Assembly (NCBI GenBank): GCA_001600815.1
Contig: BCKZ01000021.1
Location: forward strand, 310,001 to 374,000
Reading direction: 5' to 3'
Length of the DNA: 64,000 bases
Source of the DNA: Alloascoidea hylecoeti
Lineage: Eukaryota
Part shown: positions 12,055 through 22,500 of the stretch, piece after piece
How the letters are laid out: each line of letters opens with the position of its first letter
How positions within the stretch are numbered: position 1 is the first letter of the stretch
Notes under the pieces: generated by a model
Database searches by the model: none
Seen by the model: the letters and a program-made list of their open reading frames with translations, nothing else
Told to the model about the DNA's origin: nothing
Made by a program: the position numbers and the translations under genes

Positions 12055-13225
12055 CTTTTATTTTACTTTCTCAAGTTTTTAGATATTAGAATCCCCCAGT
12101 CAATCTCGTTTAATATTTGTGGTGATGTCCCTACAAATCTAATGCTTTTTCCTAACATCATATTCTTATTGTTGAGCAATTTTCAAATAGATATAATCAT
12201 CTTTACCTTGTTGACATAAACTACAAATATCAGATTTTTGCCACTATATTTTTGCATTTTTATTATGATGTAACATATTAATAGCATATCCTAAGCTTGG
12301 CAAATGTATCCATTGTGTCTCCTCAGGGTGTTCCTTATATGTTTTTTTTTTTTTAACTTTACATATAATTTCCGATTAAAATATCCAATTAATTGAAATA
12401 TTCTAACTAAAAATTATTAAATTGAGGAAATCACTCCAAGAATATAAAATCTCTCCTTCTTCTTTATTTCTCTTTCATTTCTCTTCTTTATTTGTTTTTA
12501 TTTTTTATTTTTTTTTTAACTTGAGATCCAGCCCTTGGAGTCTAGTTGGATTTCCAAATACCGACTGTCACGACACAAAACAGGAAACAAGAAAAAGTAT
12601 ATTAATTCTTAATTAAAGACCTTCGCCCGAGAACAGGAAAAACGAGGGTTTATATAGTTCTAGCTATGTCGGGTTTATATATATATATATATCATACGAT
12701 AAAATGTGTACTTGTGGCCATGCTGAAGTGTATCAGCATGAAACGTATTTTTTGTTAACTTTTCATATATTTTCCAATTAAATTATATAACTAGAAACTA
12801 TGTAAATTCTGAGGAAATCTCTACTATATATAGTGAAATAAAAACCTCTCTTTCTATTCTTCTTATTTTTGTGTATTTTTGACACTCTTCTTTCTTCCCT
12901 TCTTATGTACCTAGACCACCTTTAAAATAAATTTTTTTTTTTTTTTTTTTTAGATATATTTTACTTTTTCAAGTTTTTAGATATTAGTGTAATGGAATAA
13001 AACCAGAAATTATACTTTTACACAACACCACGAATTAAAGTTAGAGTTTGGCCGAAAATTAGTCTACGACCATAAATAAATACTAAGTATAAGAAATAAA
13101 GATTTGGATTAACCTTTACATTAATTGACTTAAAGTTCACTGTAGTGTATAACTCTATCAAAAGAACTTATAAGTAATTTAGAACCACTTTCTTGGTGAT
13201 AGATTCCTTAAGATTAGAATCCCCC
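12055..13225. repeat. Cluster of degenerate repeats and poly-T tracts, possible retroelement relics
   Basis: TTACTTT(C/T)TCAAGTTTTTAGATATTAG occurs at ~12063 and ~12961. A second diverged pair lies at ~12350-12480 and ~12753-12870. T-runs at 12342 and 12932. Confidence 0.5.
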
Positions 13226-13289
13226 GAACGAAGAAAGTTTTATACCGACTGTTAAATAAGCCACGGTCCCTTTACACCGACAGATTGAA

Positions 13290-13362
13290 GCCTTGATGGC
13301 CAAGTTGGTAAGGCGTAACACTAGTAATGTTAAGATCGTTGGTTCGAATCCGACTTGAGGCA
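13290..13362 (+). tRNA. tRNA-Thr(AGT)
   Basis: 73-nt cloverleaf: acceptor GCCTTGA/TTGAGGC, A-box TGGCCAAGTTGG, anticodon arm TAACA-CTAGTAA-TGTTA, T-loop GGTTCGAATCC, followed by a T7 Pol III terminator. Confidence 0.97.
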
Positions 13363-14531
13363 TATTTTTTTGAATTCAAAACTGTTTATGGAAGTGGTTT
13401 CAACAACCCTTCTGAAGTTTTCCAAAATGTTCAAACCTTAGGCAACCAACACATGGGATCATGCGTATTCCGAAGATCAGCTGGGAGGTATTATGATCAA
13501 TCTAATGGTAAATTAGACAAATGTATCCTATGCTAACAAAACGGTACTGCAACAAAAGAACATGTCTTTAACAGTTGCCCAATGAAAATTATAATTTTTA
13601 ACTTGCTTATTAGGAAAGATCTATGCTAGAATGATTTGATTTGTCCACCCTTGGAAGATTCTCAGTTCTTAAAACACATAAGCTTTATGTGGAGGTATGC
13701 AAATACGGGTCCTTACTAACTCCTTTGACGCTTTAGTTCTATTTGACATTGAATTATCAAATTGGCGAATATGAAAAAAAAACAAAAATTAATTCAAAAA
13801 TTCAAAGTAGATAATCATGTTAGATATGATCTCAGACTTAGTTTTACCGCACAGGTATTTAAACCGTTATTATATAAATACTCAATAATTCTTTTTATTC
13901 TCTTATAGATTAGCTAAAACGATTAGGAAAAAAAAAAATTAAATCAAAGATTCATTTAAATGGGATAGAAACAGAAAATCATATACCGGTATTCAATAAA
14001 ATCGAAATAAAGGAAATGATTTTCATAACATGCTAATATTAATATTAATATTTGGAAAAGATATAATTTTGGAAGATGTAATATGTCCAACAATAACGAA
14101 TCATAAGATTAATCGTGAAAAAAATAGATCATGCTAATAATATAACTTATACCATTAATTGTGATGTTGTTCTACAAAGGTGGTATAATGCTTTACGTTA
14201 ATTCCTTTGTATAATTCGGAACTTTCTTAAAATGAGAAATCTGTTAAAATTGTTATTGATCTTTTACATGAATAGCTCTACCTGTGGCTGTGTCACATTA
14301 ATACTGATATATACTGTATTTCAGTAAACCCTATGTGTATAAATAGAATGATCAGTATGAAGGGTACGATATACGTAACCACATATAGACCCCAATCAAT
14401 AATTATAAGAATATTCATCGTAGAATCTAGCAAGAGGTAAGTGTAAATGTGATACCACCTCAGTAACTTACCATAAACATCATCCAGCCATTGAATTATT
14501 ACCATCGTATATCATTATTCTTGAAGACAAA

Positions 14532-15935
14532 ATGGCTGAAACTTCAGAGGCTGCTGTGATACCAGAAGAATGGACCACTTCTGCAAACGAAGCCTTTCAT
14601 GTATCCATAGGTAAGGGGATTTTCAATCTATTGTTCTATAAAGTTCAGACGCGTATTATTCGGTACTGAAGATTCACGCGTCTAAAGACAATTTTTTTAA
14701 CTATACTAATATAAGACTGAATTTATATATAGCTGAGGAAGAAGGAGTTTTCACTTTTCATCCCACTTTCACTTATCCAATTTTTGGAGATGCAGAACAG
14801 ATCTTTGGCTATAAAGATTTAAAAATTAATGTAAGAGGCAATATTATAACGATATACTCATTAATTAATTTTTATATATTAACTCAGTTTTGTTATTTAG
14901 CTGGTATTTGATTCAATTACTTTAACACCACTATTCACTTTACAATATAGCTCAAAACTTGATAATGTTGAAGATGTAACTGAAATAATGAATAAATTTT
15001 TACCAGAAAATGATTTTTTCACAAAAGAGTCTGAATGGGAAGAATCCAGGATTAAAGAAAGAGAGAGTTTTATAATACCTGGAGAATTTATTTATGGATA
15101 TGAATCAGAAGAAGGAGGAGGATATTTTGGTATATTTAAAACAAATTTAAAAGATTTATTATCATTAAAATTACATTTAAGAATGCAAATATTTGTATTA
15201 TTATTTATTGAAGCTGGATCATATATCGATGAAACCGATCCACAATGGGAGTTGTTTTTGTTATATGAGATTAAATCTCCTAAATCAAATGTGGCTTTAT
15301 CTTTCATTGGATTTTCAACAACATATTCTTATTGGAGTTATCAAGGGTTTGAAGATTTTGATAAAGAATCATCTGCACAAGTACTTAAAACACGGAAACG
15401 TATCTCACAATTTGTTATATTACCACCATATCAACATAAAACCCACGGAAGAGAGTTATATCAAAATATTATTAAACTATGGGAAAATGATGATTATGTT
15501 ACAGAAATTACTGTTGAAGATCCAAGTGAGGCTTTTGATGATTTGAGAGATAGATGTGATTTAGCAAGATTGGCAACTTATAATGTTTGGAAAGCTCCAG
15601 AATTTAAGGCCCCAATTGATAATATTTGGATTAAAAAGACACAATCTAAATATAAAATCGATCAAACTGAATTTCAAAGATTAATTGAATTAGGACTTTT
15701 GAAATATCTAAAATCAGATCCAGAATCTATAAAACTTTATCGATTACAAGTCAAAAGTCGGCTTTATAAAAAAAATAAAGAAGCATTAGATGGTTTAGAA
15801 CCTCAAGAAAAGAAAAGTAAAATTCAGGAAGTTTATGACAGATTGGTGGTTGATTATCATCGATTACTCGAGAAAGTTGATTTTAATGATTCATTTGATG
15901 ATAATGAACCATCAACCAAGAAGAGACGAATATAA
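14532..15935 (+). CDS. HAT1: Histone acetyltransferase type B catalytic subunit, 3 exons (14532-14610, 14733-14830, 14901-15935)
   Basis: WTTSANEA, FHPTFTYPIFGD.E.IFGYK.L, LLFIEAGSYID, RISQFVILPPYQ and EITVEDPSEAFDDLRDRCD. Confidence 0.95.
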
Positions 15936-16659
15936 TTATAACTGGTATGATATATTATAAGTGTATAATTAATGTTCCCATAATTAATCCAAGATTGAAC
16001 AGAAACGAAAATAAACTATTCGTAATCGTAGGCTACTTTGCACTAGAATTCAAATTTATAAAAAACTTTTGTTTCTTATAATCCAGTTGTATAAATTGTA
16101 TAACACTAGAAGGAAAAGATTTGATAGTTGTGCTCGCGGTTTTTCCTGACTGTTGGGATCACACTTTTCACACCCCCCAAGAAGCCCAATTTTTTTGAAC
16201 AAAATCCTCCAGATCCTTTAATTTTATAAGCAATTAACATTAGAATTTTTTCGTTCACCATTGCCGAAGAGTCTGCAACACATAAATTTTATATATATCT
16301 ACACCTCAATCTTATAGAATAGAACAAATTTAATTAGTGAAGGGTAGGACCGAATGTTTATTTCAAAAAATGTCTGAACTCTGTTCTGTTTAAAATTATC
16401 ACTATTACTTTTATCATAGTTACAAAACTTTTTGATTACAACTGGAAAAGAAAAGAAAAGAAAAGGAAAACATTAATATTAATAAAATTGGAAAATCAAC
16501 TTCTACTGTACCTATGGTTATGGCCACGAGCTAAGTAAAGCAAATTCAATATCAATTCCGGTATATATAATAATAGTTATATCTATTGTGTCGCATTATA
16601 TTGATTGAAAACAACCATAGCTATATCTAAAAATATTATCGATAATCATAAACATAGGA

Positions 16660-17367
16660 TCATGTTTCTTTATAAACATAAGGTGGTTCTTTAGCTTCAC
16701 AATCAAAATCCAGCTTTTCTACTTGTATTCCATCAACATCTATAGCACAACTAACATGGTCACCAGGAATCAATGGACCAACACCCTTGGGGGTTCCTGT
16801 TAATATAATATCGCCTTTTTGTAGTGTCATAATCGTAGATGTGTAGGATAATATTTTTTGTAAAGGAAACAACATTAATGAAGTTGAATCATCTTGTTTT
16901 GATTCTCCATTAACACTCAATTTTAACGTGACGTTACTTGGATCAGTTATAATATCTTTGCTGATTATTGGAGATAATGGTAGAAATGTATCAAAACCTT
17001 TTGAGATTGACCATGGTAAGCCCTTTCTTGATGCTTCATTTTGAACATTACGAGCAGTTAAATCGACAGATAATGCGTATCCATCGATATATTCAATAGC
17101 TTCTTTTAAAGTGAAAGTTTCAGGATTCAGATTTTTCATTTCCTTACCGATGATTACAGCAAGTTCAACTTCATGGTGAACTACTACCCCCTTTGGGATT
17201 TTGACGTTTCCTTCTTCCGGGAATAAAATCGAACTTGCCGGTTTTAAAAAGAAAAATGGCTGGGCAGGAGTTTCATGTCCAAGTTCTGATATATGGGCGG
17301 CATAATTTCTACCAATGCAGAGGATCTTACCAGGAGTTTGGTACAGTAGACGTGTCAATGGGCTCAT
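16660..17367 (-). CDS. FMP41: Fumarylacetoacetate hydrolase-family protein (FAHD1/Fmp41-like)
   Basis: KILCIGRNYAAHISEL, HHEVELAV, DLTARNVQ, KGFDTF and GDIILTGTPKGVG. Confidence 0.9.
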   Translation of the reverse strand: MSPLTRLLYQTPGKILCIGRNYAAHISELGHETPAQPFFFLKPASSILFPEEGNVKIPKGVVVHHEVELAVIIGKEMKNLNPETFTLKEAIEYIDGYALSVDLTARNVQNEASRKGLPWSISKGFDTFLPLSPIISKDIITDPSNVTLKLSVNGESKQDDSTSLMLFPLQKILSYTSTIMTLQKGDIILTGTPKGVGPLIPGDHVSCAIDVDGIQVEKLDFDCEAKEPPYVYKET

Positions 17368-18749
17368 TTCTAATTAGATCCGCTAAAGGAGGTGGTAGTT
17401 TTTTATAACTGATAGCGTAAGCATCAGTACAATTGCAATTGCGCAATGGCCAATGGTTTAGCACTACATGTGCATAATTATAATGGATTAAGAAATATTC
17501 ATTGAATAGCCATGTCTCCTAATAAATAATATTTAAATGGTGGAATTACTTATTCTGAGAACGTATAGGTTAACTCCCCCAATCATGGAGTTAAAACAAA
17601 GCAAAAATACTCAGTTTTTCAAGAGGATGAGATAGTACAGCATATTCCGGAAATAGCTAAACACGAGTGCGCTGTTGATAAATTATTATTTATGATCCAT
17701 AATTTTACGTAGTTTTAAACAGATCGATATCAGTAGGGACATTATTTAAACGACTAATTAAAATGGCCTTTTTAAATAGATAAGATTTTTTTTTCAGAGC
17801 CACCTCAACCTTTAGATTCTTTTTGATTCTTAATATTCAAAGCTGATTCAAATGGGTGAAATGGGTATGGGACAAAACTTGCAATATTTACAATGAAGAC
17901 GAGAACGTGCTGGATCCAGTGGAATAGCCATAAATTCTAGTAAGGACAATTACAAGGGCAATTACTAGAATATATTTGGAGATTGTTTATGATAATGGGC
18001 CGCTATCTCTCAATTTCAGTAATAGGCGCGTCTTATTCAAGCAAAAGTAGATAAATAGTACTAGAACATCTTGAAACACAGAAGGAAGAATTAATTTGTT
18101 GTGTTATCACCACTTGATAATTGAACATAGTAACTTCTTAAGCTATTATATGCTTTGTAATAGATAAATACTATGTTTTGGGGGGTCAATTATCCTTTTG
18201 TAGCTCAGTTACCACAGTTTTGCTATAAGGTTATAATTAATATCAATCATTTTTATTTTTTAAATCCAATTGATTAAACGTGAATGGTGATTTTTGTTTC
18301 TCAAACTCAATTGATTTAACATGAACGATATCAGTTATACTGATTTTAATTATAGAAACTTGTATTACGTAGATGAAATATTATAATAGTATTCCTTTTT
18401 ATTAAACTTGTAATAGAAATGTAGTCCGATTACTTCATATCTTTTATGAGTTTCTTTATGATTCAAAATTTTTTTTTCAATAAATTAAAACTAGTTAATA
18501 ACAATCTAAATTATGTAAATATTACAAAAAAATAGATGTGTAAGTAAATATTAATAATAAGTAATAGGTTAATGCAGGCATTAAAAAATAGTTGAGCAAT
18601 TGTTGTGAGTTTATGGTAAATTTAATCTGTAAGTTTATTCAAACGGTTGAAAATTAAAGTATCTAAATTCAGATTTTTCATAAGGTATTAAATAATAGAT
18701 TTTTATAAACGTTTTAACAGCAGCATAAATCAGCAGATAATTGTAAACC

Positions 18750-19457
18750 TTATAAAATTAAAGTATCAATATTAATTGAATTACCATCTTTATTTACAAT
18801 TTTTTCAAATAAATCAATTTTAACAAAACCATTTTCATCACCCCTTGTTAATATAACACCATTTTCAGATAAATAAAATTCTAAACCATTAGATAATGCT
18901 TTTGAAATGTTTAAATATATAAAAACATTACAATTTTTCCTCATACCACTAATTACATTAGGATCAGATAATAAACCAGAAGCAAAATGAATATGATTTC
19001 TATTCATTTTTGATAAACCACCAGATTTAATAATTAACTTTAATTTATTTACAAAAGTTCCATGAATGATGGTTGAAGAAGGGAAATCAGTGATTTCTTT
19101 TAAAGGTTTTAATTGTAAAGCAGAATCATCAATTAGTTTTAAAGAATGACCTTGGTTTGCTCTTATTTTCCAATCATCAATGATTAATGGATCTGTTAAT
19201 GAGATCGGAAGAGCAGAAGGAGGTATTTCCAAACCAGACTTAAAATTTCTCATTGTGAAACGTTTTTTATCATTGTTTTCAGTGATCCGTATGATGTCTT
19301 GGATGTTATACTTTTGGGACTTAAATCTGTTGTGGTTCAGAATGGCGGCGAGCGGAATATAGCCGTCCGGGTTGACGGGGAGTTTTTCTTTCACGGCACC
19401 GTGTCTGAGAAGGTAAGACAGGGTCTTTGATAGTTTTATGTCTCTTGATTCTTTCAT
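18750..19457 (-). CDS. TPT1: tRNA 2'-phosphotransferase
   Basis: LSKTLSYLLRHGA, NDKKRF, IRANQGHS, HGT, MNRNHIHF and SGMR. The likely start is ATG 19457; the longer ORF-track start overlaps the neighbouring gene. Confidence 0.93.
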   Translation of the reverse strand: MKESRDIKLSKTLSYLLRHGAVKEKLPVNPDGYIPLAAILNHNRFKSQKYNIQDIIRITENNDKKRFTMRNFKSGLEIPPSALPISLTDPLIIDDWKIRANQGHSLKLIDDSALQLKPLKEITDFPSSTIIHGTFVNKLKLIIKSGGLSKMNRNHIHFASGLLSDPNVISGMRKNCNVFIYLNISKALSNGLEFYLSENGVILTRGDENGFVKIDLFEKIVNKDGNSINIDTLIL

Positions 19458-19572
19458 TTTGGTATGAGATGTGGAAGGGGGGCATAAGTGGGGGAAGGGT
19501 GTGTGCGGTTGTGCACCCGTGCACCTGTTTAATTGTATTGACTTACACGACTCCTTCCCATAACAAATAAAC

Positions 19573-22500
19573 ATGAGCCAGCCTTTTTTCCTCAATGACG
19601 GACGCGACCCGCAGAGCGACGCGAGCTTCCCGGGCCTCCCACAGCGCCCGTTCCGCAGTTACCCCGCCCGCCCCCACGCGCAGCACCATCCGCAGCTCTT
19701 CCCGCAGCACGTGCAGCTGTCCCAACCGTCCCAATTTCCCCAGTTGGGCCCCCAGTTGGGCCCCCAGCTGGGCCAGCTGGGCTCCCAGTTAGGTGTGGAA
19801 GCACCCCAGTTGGGCCACCCGCACACGCACCAGCGGCAGGATCCAGGCATGGGCATGCGCTTCAACCCTCAAAGCAGCGTCCCGCAGGGCTACCCGCCGG
19901 CCGTCCAGAGCCTGAATGTCGCACAGCTTCGGCAGGTAAACCAAATGCAGAATCTTCACAACCCTCATCACAGCCAGGGTAATCCTCGTCACAGCCAGGG
20001 TAACGGCCAGGGTAACGGCCAGGGCAACCCGCACGTGAACATGAATCCGCACGTGAACCCTAGCCAGTTCAACATCAATATGTCTCCCCAATCTCAACAA
20101 CAATCTTTCCAACAGCAGCAACTGCAACAACAACACCAGTTACAGCAACAACTACAACTCCAGCAAATTCAGCAGATGCAGCAGATGTCAATGAACTCGC
20201 TTTCTCCAGATGCCGCTATCGAACCTTCACTTGCTGCTTCGCGGCCCGATTCTCCTGAAGTCTCAAATCAAGTTTTCAAAATCGATTTACCCGTTTCTTC
20301 TGAACAAGTATTGATGTTATTGATGAGACTAAACGTTTTAAAAGAAATGCAATCTGATAAAACCTTACCTGAAGTGACCGCAATTCTAAATGTTTTAAAA
20401 CAGGTTGAAACTCAGCAATTCTTATTTTTGGAAAGAGAAGCAAAAATTAAAGAAATTAAAAAAAGAAGAAACAAAAGGACAAAATTAAACATTCAAAATC
20501 AATCTTTCAAGAATGAATTTGGTAATAATAATGAAAATGAAAATGGAAATAAAAATGAAGACGCTGTTGCTGATGAATTAAAATTGGTTTCTTATCAATT
20601 ATCTGCTTATAAACATTTAATATTAAACTTGACTGTTCCTAATGATATTCATAAAGGTTTATTGAAATTTGATGTTTCTTCAAAATCTTCATTAAAATCT
20701 GATTCTTCAATTTCAAAGTCAACTTCAAAAGTCGATAATACTATTGATTACTCGAATTTTCAATCAAGAATTCATGATACTGGTCTTGATACTTATACAA
20801 GAACAAGTGATTTAGTTGTTGGAACTCCTATTGGTGAAGCTTTGGTTACAAAGCAAATCCTTGATACAATGATTCAATTAGAACATTTACCTGCTAATTT
20901 AGATTGTTTTGATGCTAATAATTTATATGTTCCAAATAATATTGAAAAAAGTAATACAATTGGAAATAAAAATGAAGACCCATTAACTCCATTATCTGAT
21001 TCAACTCCAATTCAAACTCTTCCATCAGGATCTTCTACATCAAATTCAAATTCAAATTCAAATTCAAATTCAACAACTACAAGTACAATTCAAGATTCTG
21101 ATTCTGATTCAAAAGAAATTTTAAAACTTCGTGCATTAATTTCTTTAAAATCTCATCAATTATTACCACATCAGAAATTTTTAAGATTTTCATTATTACA
21201 AAATTTAGCAAATATACCATCACCAATAATTGGTCCAATTATTAATCGTCATAATAATATATTACCAAAACAACATAATGTACCACAAGTTGCAAGAATA
21301 ACTGCACAATTAAAATATCAAAATTTTTTAGAAAATCAAAAAATTCAATATCTTAAACATTTAAAAATTATAAATGAAAAAATTTCACATTCAAATGATG
21401 TTTTAACAACAAATTATGAAATTAAACAAAAAAAAATTTTAATTGGTAATAAAATTTTACAATATCATTCTCATGTTTTTAAAGAAGAAACTAAAAAATT
21501 AGAAAGAACTGCAAAACAAAGATTACAAGCTTTAAAATCAAATGATGAAGAAGCTTATATTAAATTATTAGATCAAACTAAAGATACAAGATTAACTCAT
21601 TTATTAAAACAAACAAATGAATTTTTAAATGGTTTAAAAGAAAAAGTTAAAATTCAACAATTTGAAAGTAATGATAATATTAGACATAATAATAATCAAA
21701 TACGATCATCATCAGTTATTAATAATATTGATATTGAAAATGAAGTTGAAATTGAAAATAATAATAAAAATAATGAAGAAGAAGATGCTGATTATTATCA
21801 AGTTGCTCATCGTATTCATGAACCTGTTTTACAACAACCAAATTTATTAATTGGTGGGAAATTGAAAGAATATCAATTAAAAGGTCTTGAATGGATGATT
21901 TCTTTATATAATAATCATTTAAATGGTATATTAGCTGATGAGATGGGTCTTGGTAAAACAATTCAATCAATTTCTTTAATTTCTTATCTAATTGAAAAAA
22001 AACAAGAATATGGTCCATTTTTAGTAATTGTACCATTATCAACTGTTACAAATTGGAATTTAGAATTTGAAAAATGGGCTCCAAATATTAAAAAAATTGT
22101 TTATAAAGGTACACCAAATGTACGAAAAGATTTACAATATGAAATTAAATCTGGAAATTTTCAAGTTTTATTAACAACTTATGAATATATTATTAGAGAT
22201 CGTCCAATATTAAGTAGAATTAAATGGATTCATATGATTATTGATGAAGGTCATCGTATGAAAAATACTCAATCAAAATTATCAAATACTTTAACTCAAT
22301 ATTATCATTCAAGATATAGATTAATTTTAACTGGTACTCCTTTACAAAATAATTTACCTGAATTATGGGCTTTATTAAATTTTGTTTTACCAAAAATTTT
22401 TAATTCTGTTAAAACTTTTGATGATTGGTTTAATACACCATTTGAAATTACAGGATCACAAGAAAAATTAGAATTAACTGAAGAAGAAACTTTATTAGTA

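Noticed and set aside
16130..16200. GC-richer patch ending in Sm-like AATTTTTTTGA as an snRNA
   Set aside because: No U1, U2, U4 or U5 signature sequence upstream.
17860..17872. AATGGGTATGGGA shared with ~51142
   Set aside because: Only a 13-mer with no extended similarity; could be chance.
19543..20136. Multiple overlapping short ORFs at the STH1 5' end
   Set aside because: By-products of the locally high GC content, which gives few stop codons.
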